Source: Sedimentisphaerales bacterium
GTDB lineage: Bacteria > Planctomycetota > Phycisphaerae > Sedimentisphaerales > SM23-30
Assembly: GCA_963666285.1 (NCBI GenBank)
Contig: OY762714.1
Reading direction: 5' to 3' (one strand)
Length of the DNA stretch: 64,000 nt
Every line of letters starts with the position of its first letter. Positions within the stretch are counted from its first letter, which is position 1. Below the pieces are notes generated by a model. It had not been told where the DNA came from and made no database searches. It was given only the letters and a program-made list of their open reading frames with translations. The position numbers and the translations under genes are program-made. Of the stretch, positions 18,371-30,300 are shown in pieces.

Positions 18371-21300
18371 GTGGCAAAAGAAAATTACTCAAAATTTGCG
18401 GGAATTGGAAATAATACTATAACTAGCTCTACTGATATTGAGCCGGACCCGATTCTGGCCGGACTTGACAGGATAGTAGCCGATAGAGAGTTAGTTAACC
18501 ATAATTTTGAAATGCCGGAGATTGAGGATTTTTCACATCTATATAACGGTCCTGCTGACCCATCTGATGGTGTAATGACACCTGTTGCTTTACAGGAGTT
18601 GTCTGCATATCTGGATGAGAAACAGAAAAAAGACCCTGCCGGAGTTCTGAAAGCTGATATTCTGCACGCAAAAAAGAATCGACCGGACGACTATGCCAGG
18701 TATATGGCAAATGTGAACCTATCCGGCAGGGATAGTGCCTTTACTTCTGCCAGAGACAGAATGTTTTTAGCCGGTGAGTATAGAAGTGTCGGGCTAAATG
18801 AAGCTGCCAATCGTGAGCTAATGGCATCTGCTCCTGAATGGATAACGGCAACTTTTGATAAAGATTGGATTTTCACCCAGATAGCCAGTGATGAGATAGG
18901 GGCAGCAGAGAGTTTCAAAAGACAGCCTATCTCCGAACATCTTGAGAAAGTACCGGTTACAGGTCTGTCAACGGGAGCCGCTAATGCGGTTCAATTGCAG
19001 GAATCGATACGGCGATTACAGAATCCGGAAGTGTCGTATAAGCCAGCTAAAAAGAGAAAGAGAGTCGGGGATGAAGATTACAATATTTTGGAAAATATAT
19101 CACCTGCGGCACTGTTTGCCGGTCCTAACGGTCCAAGCCTTAGAGTAATGTCCGATCCCGCTGTTAATCTTGCAGGTGAAGATCTGAAGGAATATGACAG
19201 CCAGCTTGTTCTTGGCTGGCTTACCAGACAGGCAGAACAGACTATTAGAGGGACAACCCCAGGTGCTGATATATCGCAGGGGATATCGGAGCTTCCGGCC
19301 TTTATGATCGAGTTTGCCGCTTCCGGTGGTCTGGCTAACATAATCAAAAGCAGTCTGAAATCCGGTGGTAAAAAGATATTTAAGGAAGCTACCGAAGAAG
19401 GAACCGAGCAGCTTATCAAGAAGGGGATACTAAACAATATTAAAAAGGGCGGTATTAAAACTCTAAAAACAGCCGGTGACGTCGCACTGCGTATGCCTAT
19501 GTTTACTGGTGATGTAGTAGCCGGAGCTACTGAGAGGCAGTTACCGGAATTTTCACTTACAGATAAAGGGATAACTATATATAAAGAGGGTGAGAAACCT
19601 GCAACAGCCTGGTTAAAGGCTATTGGCGATACTTATATAGAGCTTTTTACAGAAAACAGCAGTGAGCTTACTACCTCGGCATTAAAGCAGGGCGGTAAGT
19701 GGATTGGCAATATACTTGGTAAAGCTCCGGGCGGTGAAACGGCTGGTAAGATATTGACAGGTCTGGGCGAAGCATATAATAAAATACGTCCGAAAGGAGC
19801 ATTTGCAGATATAATTACTGATAAGGCCAAATACGGTAGCTTCCTGGAAGAACTTGGCGAAGAAAAACTAGGTGCGATACTTCGAGCTGCGACCGGAGTG
19901 GAAGATTTCGGGGCAGGTGATGATGCTAATTTTTCGCAGCGTATGGCAGCGGCTTTTGATAATATGACTGATGGTCGCACTATGCTGGTTGAGATGGGGG
20001 TATTGGCTGCGCCTGGTGTTGCCAGAAGTGGTGTTCAGGGTACATTAAATAAGATCGACAATGTACAAAAAGATAAAACTGCTCTAAAGGCTATGCAGCA
20101 GCGTGATACACCACAGGCTGTTGAAACGATTATCAACCGTATGGTTCAGGCTGATGGTGATGACGGTAGATGGCAGCAGATATCTACTCGTGACAGAAAG
20201 ACAGCTGAGAAGCTGCGCAGTATCTTACAGCCGGTAACTGATATGATAACTGAAGAATCAGGAGGGGCCAAAGCATGGCGGTATGCCGTACAGCCTACAC
20301 CTAATGGTCGCTGGCTGTTGAAAATGCGACAGAATCCGCTTGATGTTGATAAGGCAAGTGAATCTAAAGCTACTGTTATTTCCGCTAATAACCCTGTCCC
20401 ATTAGAAGATTTAGTAACAGGGATGGATAGCAGACAGGTTCAGGAGTTAGTGGATTTAGGTCTGACAGTTGATGAGATAGCAGATAAAGATACTGTCGAA
20501 AAGGCTCAATATGACCGGCAATGGCAGGACATGCAGCAGCCGGGAGAGTTTTCACAGCAGGATATAGCCGGTAAGTTACCAAAAACTATTGAGCAATATG
20601 ATGTCAATGCCCGGTATAATATGCCGCAGCGACATAATAGTATCGGCGACCGGCAGATATCAGAAGAAGATGAGGTCCGAATCCAGGAGGCTGTTAATAA
20701 AATTGGCAAAACGGCGTATGTGCGTGTTGATGATGAGGGTAAGTTAGTTTTAAGTAGAAGAAAACCTGCAAAGGATGAGACTGAATATATAGAGGTCAGA
20801 CCGTCAACCGCTCATTTATCTGAATCTATTATAACTGATGATGGCCCATCTGATACAAAATTGAAACCTGATGATACTGCAACTATCCAGCGTTTAGCTG
20901 ACAGCGGAGCAGAATATGAAGAATTAACCGATCCGAAAAAGGCAAAGGAAGCACATTGGCGCAGTCAATGGTCCAAACATTATAAGCCTGGTAATTTTAC
21001 TGAACAGGAGCTTGTCGGTAAACCTGCTGCCGGTATGCCGATGCAGGGCGAGAAAAAACAGGAGAATATAGAAGAAACTTCACAATCGGAGAATATAGAA
21101 CAGAAACCGGATGCCAAAGAAAAAGCACCTGAAAATGAGACAGAAGAAACAGACCCTATCCAGACTGAAATTGACAAGTTGGAGAAAGAAATATTCTATG
21201 AGCAGATGACTGATAAGATTTCACCTGCCGCCCAGCAATCTATTCAGAACACGCAGGATAGGATTAAAGAGCTTAAACAGCAGCAATCAGAGAATCAGTC

Positions 21301-24300
21301 TGTCGAAACTCCGGTTCCTGAACCTGAAAAGATAGAAGAAAAACCTTCAGAGTCGGATAGCAGGGTTGAACTGAAGCAGCTTATTGATAGCTATGATGAA
21401 GATGTTAATACAACTATCGGAGATTTGATCGATGAAGCAGAGATATTAGCGGATGATACCGAGGATACAGAACTGCAACAGATAGTTGAAAAAGTTCGAG
21501 CCGAACAGCATGATGACCGCTTTGAATTTGGTTTGCGTGGCGATTCGGAAGCTTACGAAGGTGAATTTGAAGATGCGGTTCGCAAACTGATAGATAATCA
21601 ATCTGCCGAAACCATAGAATCTGACCAGAACAAATCTAAAGATGAAGCCAAGAATCCGGCGGCATTTTCAGAGGGTGATTATGTTGCTGATGTCAATTCA
21701 GGGACTATTTATAAGGTTGGCAAAACCAAACGTAATGGTGTTACTGATATGGAAGTTGTCAAGCCCAAACCTGAAAGAAGTGCTTCCAATATTCCTTATA
21801 CTGATGAGCAAATGAAAAAGGCTTATTCTCCTGGTACAATCAGGCCATACAACGCTCTGAATAATCCACGTTTCAGAGAGATAACAGAAGGTGAGCGAAA
21901 AGAGATTGCCTCTGAGACAGCACCTAAACCGGCAGAAAAGCCCTCTAAAACCGAGACTAAGCCAAAACAGCAAAATACTTCTGAAAGTGACAACACTACC
22001 ATTCAGCCGGAAAAGCAACAGTCTGGCAAAGTCGATCAGGTGCAGATAGCAAATAAAGCTCCGAGATTTGACTGTGATAAGATTGTCAATGGTAAAAGTG
22101 TAACTGAAAAGACCAGGGATAAATACGCCGGTCAGATAGGCGAGCTGCTAGGCCGTAAACTTACCGGAGATGAACGTTCGCTATTATCATTTCCAACTGA
22201 CTATACTTTAACCCCTAAAGCGGGAGATGATTTCTTGTGGATGATGGTAAAATCTCCGAAGGCTTTTGCCGCTAATGCCCGCAAATCTGCTTCAGAGGAA
22301 CTTATCGAAAGGCATGGTATTACTCGCTTTGAATCAGAAATTAAACCGGTATCACCTGTTGATACACCCAAACAACTGACAAATGCGGTTTTTACTCATG
22401 CTTCAACTGGTGTTGAAGGCAGATACAGTTTGCGAGAGAGCTTTTATGTTGACCCTGACGATAATACGGTTGTTTCAACTGACGGTAGGAGACTTATTGC
22501 TGTAACCGGCATCCAGGACCGGATAGGTAATCCGCAATCTGATACCTTGTACCGGAAAGACAGCAGTTCTACCAGCGGTTACAGTCCTGACACAACCGGC
22601 GGTAAGTTCCCTAAATGGCGTACTGCGATACCGAATAATACCAATAAAATATCTACTTTGGATAATACCAGGATACATAGATTACTGTCAGTTTTAACCG
22701 GAACTATTAAACATAATCCCGGTTCGTTTAATAACAAGGTAATTGCGATATTTGCCCATAATGGTCAGGCTGTTGGTTTTTCTGCTGATAATATGGTCGA
22801 TTCGCTTACAGCTATGCTCAAAACAGGTATTGATAAGGTTGATTTTGCTATTGGCGATAAGAGCCGATCGGATGGTGAAGAACCTTTGGTAATAACCGGT
22901 AGTGATAAAACTGGTAAGGTATCAGCAAAAGTAATTATTATGCGTTATACACTTAGCGGAGCTAAGAACAGCTATCTTGATATTAGCGATTTATTAGGTA
23001 CTGAATTTGTTACCGATGAGATGTTCGAGGGTAAAACAACAGAGTCAAAAGAAAAGAAGCAGCCTAAAGCGGAGAAAACAGGCAAATCTGAATATGGTTT
23101 CGGTACTTTTGACAGTGATTTGTCAGATGACCATACTGGCGGATATTACAAATATCTACCAGGCAAGAGTATGAAAACTGCTACAGGTCGCAAAACAAAG
23201 CCGGTTCCCAGGGTTGACACTACAACTCGTCAGAAAACAAAGAATAGTCAGAAGCGTATCAATACATGGTTGATTTCTGAAGCTCTGGTAGAAGCTAAGA
23301 GTCGAAATGATGAGCATAATATCAGAGTATTTGAAATGGACCGGAAAACCGGAGCTGATAAACTGCCACCCGCACAGCTTGATATGCTGCAATATTATCT
23401 GTTTGATCCAAAATGGACAGAACTGCACAAAAAGCAACCTATTAATAAGGAAGAGGAAAAATCAGAACAGAAGGAACAACCAAAACCAGAGTCGCAGGAA
23501 CCAGCCAATAGCGACACTAAGCAAACTGTTAAATCTGAATCAGATCCTTATGCAGAATATGAACAGTCAGCTTCCAGTTATAATTATGGAGAGGGCAGAA
23601 GTGCCAGTCAGGAAGTAATTTTTAAGGGAGGTGCGGTTCGTTGGGAGGATGATCGAATTAGAGTGTATTTTGATGAAAAGCCATCAGACCAGATACGCAA
23701 GCAGTTAAAGAGTATCGCTTTCAAATGGGCGCCTTCTAAATCTGCATGGCAGGTACATTATATGCAGCAACACCGGTTTGATAAGGCTGTCAGAATATTG
23801 GAATCAGTATTTGATCGCGCAGATACAAATTCTGCTGAAGTTGAGAAAAACGCTCAATCTGAACCAGTTGTAAGGCATAACTATACAACTGATAATCAAT
23901 TTGCCAGACCGGATGTAAATACAGGTCAGGGCGATTTTAGTAAGGAATTACATACTTATGCTAAAACTTTTGTAAGCTGGCTTGATAGTTTGCCAAATGG
24001 TAGAAATACAAATCCAGGTGAAATTACAAAGGCTGTAAAAAATTCTCCGGTTTCCAGTTGGGTTAAAGTGCGTAATGTCACTACCAGTACATTCCCATAT
24101 CAGTTGCATTTTCTGGATAAAGAAGGCAATACTGACCTTAAAATCTCCGAGACAACTGCCGCAAAAATGTATCAGGAAGTAATAAATAAGGCAGAAAGCC
24201 AGACTGATAACTCTAATACTACCCATTTTGCTGAAAAAACTAAATCAAACCATAAAGAAACCATTGATGTTACTCAGATGGAAGAACAGGAGCTGGCAGA

Positions 24301-27300
24301 CTATATTGCCCGCAAGGGCAAGTTGAAAGGGACTAAATCAGCCGGTATAAAATCAAAGATTTCTGATAAGGCGGTAGATGAGTTAAATGATGCCTTTGAT
24401 GAATTGAAGGATTACCTCAAGGGCAGGAGCTTTGTTAATCCCATGATGGAGCCGAAATTATGGGAGCTAACTGCAAAAATTACCGCAAAAGCTATTAAGG
24501 CAGGTATTTACAAATTTGCTGACCTGGTGAGGTATTCGGTCAATAAGCTGGATATCGCTCATACAAAGCTGTTAGGTCCGTTATATGAATCAGCTTGGGA
24601 CGATCTGGCAGAGGTTGATACCAGTGGTAAGATGGAAAAACGAGACAGTTCCGTAGAAAAAATACTGGATTCTGAATCAGCAAAAGGCGATAATGATAAT
24701 AGAAAGGGTAACGATAATGACACCGAATCAGGAATACATAATAGAGACGGCATCGGCAAGACTGGCGTGGCAACACCTGAACGACCATTGTCCGAACCGT
24801 CTGGCGATGCTAAAAGCACAAGGTCCGGGAGCAGCGACCAAGTGGTGCGCGGAGATGGGCAAAGAAGCGGACGAGTGGATGGATCAGGTGATAAACGACA
24901 AGGAAAATCCAATGCCGTTTCAACAGGCTCTGGAAATATCAAAAGAGACCTGGATAATACTACCCGATCTGGACGATCAGGACCAGCCGGACGAAACTAT
25001 CGAATAGAACCCGGTCAAGATATTGCCGGTCGAGGCACAAAGACCAGGGCTAAAAACAATATAGCAGCTATCAGGCTGCTTAATAAGCTTGAAGAAGAAA
25101 ACCGCCTTGCAACTGCCGAAGAACAGGAAGTATTAGTAAAATATACGGGGTGGGGTGATAAGCCGCAAATCTTCGATGAATCTAATTCTGAATGGTCAGA
25201 CCTCTATAATGAACTCAAAGAATTATTAACTGATAAGCAGTATTCCGCAGCGCGCAGATCTACGCTAAATGCCCATTATACCAGTACCGAAGTAATCGGC
25301 GGTATATGGAATGGGCTTAAATCACTGGGTATCGCACCTGTCCGTGTTATGGAACCTTCTATGGGGACTGGTCATTTCTATGGCGCAATGCCTGAAGGTA
25401 TTAACGCCGATCTATACGGTGTGGAACTGGATGATATTACCGGTAATATCGCCAAAAATCTCTATCAGAAAGCCAATATAAAGATAATAGGCTATGAAAA
25501 GGTCAGATTTCCAGAGAACTTCTTTGACCTGCATATCAGTAATGTTCCATTTGGTGAATATAAACTGTCAGATCATAATATAACCGGCAGGGATAAATAT
25601 CTGATACATGATTTTTTCTTTGTTAAGGCATTACATAATACCAGGCCGGGCGGCATTGTAGCGTTTATCACCAGTAAAGGTACACTTGATAAACTGGATA
25701 GCAGTGTGCGTGAGGAACTGGCAAAGACTGCTGACCTGGTAGGGGCTGTCAGATTGCCCTATACCGCCTTTAAGGGCAATGCCGGTACTGAGGTTGTAAC
25801 AGATATTATCATTTTACAGAAGCGTTTGCCAGATCAATCTCCGGCAGGTGAAGACTTTACTGAAATTGCCGAGATTGAACAGGATGTAGATATATTCAAA
25901 GTTAATGAATATTACCAGAACCACCCCGATCACATTCTAGGCAAACTGGCATATACCGGTAAAATGTATAGAGAAAAATCTTTGAATGTTGAGCCGGTGG
26001 AAGGGCAGGAGCTGGGGAGGGCAATAGCTGATACAATTGGCGTGATGAAACTTCCTATTGGTTTTAATGACCACATTGACCAGAAAACCAAAGATTTGGA
26101 AAGTCCAAAGGGAAAAGGTCTGGTCCCTGAAAATATCAAATACAATGCCTTTACTATTCAGGATGGAATTGTATATCAGAACGCAAACGGAGATTTGAAA
26201 CAAGTTACCAGAACAGTTAAAGATAAAAAAGAACCGTTATCAAAAAAAATGGTTAGCAGGTATCGCAAAATGATTGCAGTTCGTGATACCGCCCTTAATT
26301 TACTGTCTGAACAGTTAGATGAAACTGTTACTGATGAAAAAGTAGAGCAGACCCGCAGGGAACTTAACCGGGCTTATGATGATTTTGTCAAAGAGTTCAA
26401 GCCGTTTTCCACTAATTATAATGCAGGTCAGTTTAGACATGACCCTGATTATCCACTATTACGGAGTCTGGAACATTATGATAGTGAAACCCAGACCGCC
26501 GAGAAAGCGGCTGTATTCAGCCAGAGAACGCAACGTCCTGTCAAAATACTATCTAAGGTTGAGACTGCTAAAGATGGTCTGCTGGCATGTTATGATAAGT
26601 ATGGCAAGGTCGATATTGATTATGTGGCAGAGCTGACCGGTAAAGATACTCAAGATGTGATCGATGAACTGATCGGGCTGATATATAAAGACCCTGATAC
26701 CGGCAGTTATATCTCTGCGGAAAATTATCTGTCCGGCAATGTGCGGGATAAACTCAGTAAAGCCCAGGAAGCGGCCCAAGATGATCCAGATTATAAAATC
26801 AATGTCGAAGCACTGGAGGAGGTGCAGCCGGAGGATTTAGAACCGCATGACATTGATGTTAAGTTAGGTTCAAACTGGGTAGCTCCTGAAGATTATCAGC
26901 AGTTTATTATGAAAATACTGGACAGACCTTCTCATTTTCCAGTTACAATAGCTTATAGTGTTTCAGGAGGAAGCTGGATATTAAGAGGCAATAAGCTGTC
27001 AAACGCTATCGAGACACAGCAGTGGGGGACTTCCAGACGCAGCGCGTTAGATATACTGGAAGCAACTTTGAACCAGCGCCGCATGAAAATATATGATACT
27101 GTCAAAATCGAAGGGAAAGAGGTAAAGGTACTTAATAAAGAAGATTCTCTTGCGGCTCAGGCCAAGCAGGAGGAATTTGAAAGAGCTTTCAAAGAATGGA
27201 TATGGTCTGATGATGACAGACGCGAAAGGCTCGCCAGAAAATATAATGACTTATATAATAATACGATCTTCGCTCAATATGATGGCAGTCATTTGTCTTT

Positions 27301-30300
27301 TCCGGGCCAGAATATCGCTATCACACTGAACCCGCACCAGAAGAATGTAGTATGGCGAAGTTTACAGCAGGGTAATATCCTTTTAGCACATGCAACAGGG
27401 GCCGGTAAAACCTTTGTCATGGCTTCAGTTGTAATGGAAAGCAGGCGGTTAGGGCTGGCCCGCAAGCCGGTGGTTGTAGTTCCTAATCACCTGGTAGATG
27501 ATTTTTCCGGGCAATTGTTTACATTATACCCTTCAGCTAAGGTCTTGCGAGCTACAAAGAAAGACTTTACTCCTGCCAGTCGCCAAACCTTGTTTAACCG
27601 TATCCGTACCGGCGATTGGGATGCTGTTGTTGTTCCTATGAGCAGTTTTGAAAAAATGCCTATGAACCCGGAATATACCGAGAAAGTATTCTCTGATATG
27701 CTGGACGATCTGGAAGATGAGATCAGGGCCGCCAAAGCAGAAAAGAACGATAACCGCAGTATTGTCAAACAACTGGAAAATGCCAAAGAGAAATTCAAGG
27801 CAACTCTGGAAACCCTGGAATCCAAACATAAAAAAGATAACGGGCCGTATTTCGATGAACTTGGCATTGATAAAATGTTCGTCGATGAGGCGCATGGCTA
27901 TAAGAATTTATGGTTTAAGACCCAGAAACAAGATATTGCAGGTATCAGTCCACAATATGTGCAGCGTGCCTTTGATATGTGGCTCAAGACGCAATTCCTT
28001 AATGACAGAACTAATTATAAAGGTGTTGTATTTGCGACCGCTACCCCAATAGCTAATAGTGTCACTGAAATGTTTATCATGCAGAAGTATCTGCAACCGC
28101 AGATACTGGCTGACAGGGGAGTCAGTTCGTTTGATGCCTGGAGTACAAACTTCGGAAAAACAGTGGTACAGTCTGAAGTAACCCCTGATGGGGCCGGATA
28201 TCGCATGAAAGAGCGTTTCAGCCAGTTCAGTAACATACCTGAACTTATGCAGATGTTTCGCAGTGTAGCTGATATTGTTACCAGTGACATGCTCAATCTG
28301 CCGGTCCCTAAACTCAAAGATGGTAAACACCAGGTAGTACAGGCCCCGGAAAATGAATATCTCAAGTATTTTGTCGATTATCTGCTTAAAAGAACTGAAG
28401 ATATTAAGGGCGGCTCTAATGATAAGAAAAAAGATAATATGCTTAATATTGTCACTGACGGTCGAAAAGCGGCTCTTGACATCAGACTTCTTGATGAAAG
28501 GTTGCCAGATGTACCTGAGAGCAAGGTTAATGATTGTGTCAACAGGGTGTTTTCCATATACAAGCGTGATGATGAACGAAACTCGCTGCAGGTGATATGG
28601 TGCGACTACAGCAGTCCAAAATCCGGTGGTGAGTTTAATCTATACGATGACATTAAGAATAAACTTATCCAAAAGGGTGTACCTGCCAACCAGGTAGCAT
28701 TTATCCACGATGCAAAATCGGAATTGCAACTGGAAAAGCTGTATGAGAAAGCACGTACCGGTATGATAAGGGTACTAATTGCCAGTACCGGCAAGATGGG
28801 AGTAGGGGCTAATGTCCAGAAAAGACTGGCAGCCCAGCATCATCTGGATCCGCCCTGGCGACCGGCTGATCTGGAACAGCGTGATGGGCGTATGCTCCGG
28901 CAGGGGAATCTGTATCATAAATGGGATATCCCGGTAGAATCATACAGATATGCTTCAAAGGGTAGTTTTGATGCTTATATGTGGCAGACCTTAGAGACTA
29001 AGGCTAAGTTTATCGCTTCTGTTATGACCGGACGTGCTGAAACTCGCAATATAGATGAACTTGACAACCTGTCAATGAACTATGCCGAGATGAAGGCAGC
29101 TTCTGCCGGTAATCCAAAGATCATGGAGCTGGTATCACTGGAAGCTGATGTTGCCAAGCTCTATGCTCTTAAAAACAATCATCAGCGTCAGCAGTGGAAC
29201 GCCAAAAACAATGTTAAGGAATTTAACAGAAAAATTGATTATATAAATCAAAAACTGCCTGATATGGCAAAAGATGTCCAGGCGTATGAGCAGGCAGTTG
29301 AAGCTGCTGGCAATAATATTGATATTACGATAGACGGCAGACATTACACTGATGCAAAAGATGCTGGAAAAGCATTAACCGAAGTTCTGGCAGCATACAA
29401 AGGCGACGATATTGAACAAATCGGCAGTTATTATGGTTTTGAATTTTATATAAGTAAAGCTGCTAACAGAGAGTTTTACGGCTATCTGGACTTGCATACC
29501 AGGCATATATTAGAGTTAGGGACTTCGGGCAGCGGTAATCTGGTTCGTATGAAAAATACAATGACAAAGCTGGCTGGTAATCTTGCCGAACAGGAAAGTC
29601 TTATCCCGGTATATGCCAAACGAGCAGCGGAATTTGAAAAGGCCGCAAATATACCATTTGACCAGAAAAAGGAACTGGATGAGAAAAGTGACAGACTTGC
29701 CAAATTGAAACTTGAGCTGGCGATGGATAATGAAAATGGCGACAAGCAGCAGAAAACCATTGTCAATGTACCTTCCAGGGACACCGTTATCAGCGAAATG
29801 CTGGATATGGCAAAATTAAACGGTGACTTTCAGGGACCGGCTAATATTGTACCTGATGATCTGGTAAGTCAACTATCTAGCAGCAAATTGAATACCGCAA
29901 GGCTGGCAAAAGCTTTTGGCGTATCATTAAATAAGGTATCTGAAACCGACCAGCAGGGCGTATATGCTGTTAATTTGCCCAATGGTAAAGCTATTACTGT
30001 TAGTAATGCTTCTCTGGTAGCCGGTCCGGGCGGTCAGCAGAATTATCGAGGTGTCTGGAATAATCTGCCCGGCAGTATCACACTGGATGATGGAAGAATA
30101 ATCAATTTTGACGGTATGATAAAGTTGTCATCATACTATGCTACCGATGATACATTATCCCATGAACAGTTTCATGCAGCTATGGATATTGCGTTATCTG
30201 ATAAGGAAAAGCGTATTGTCCTGAAGCGTTTTGATGGTGATAGTGAAAAGGCTGCCGAAACTTACGGCAGGTGGGCGGCGATGCAGGATAAGAAAGGATA

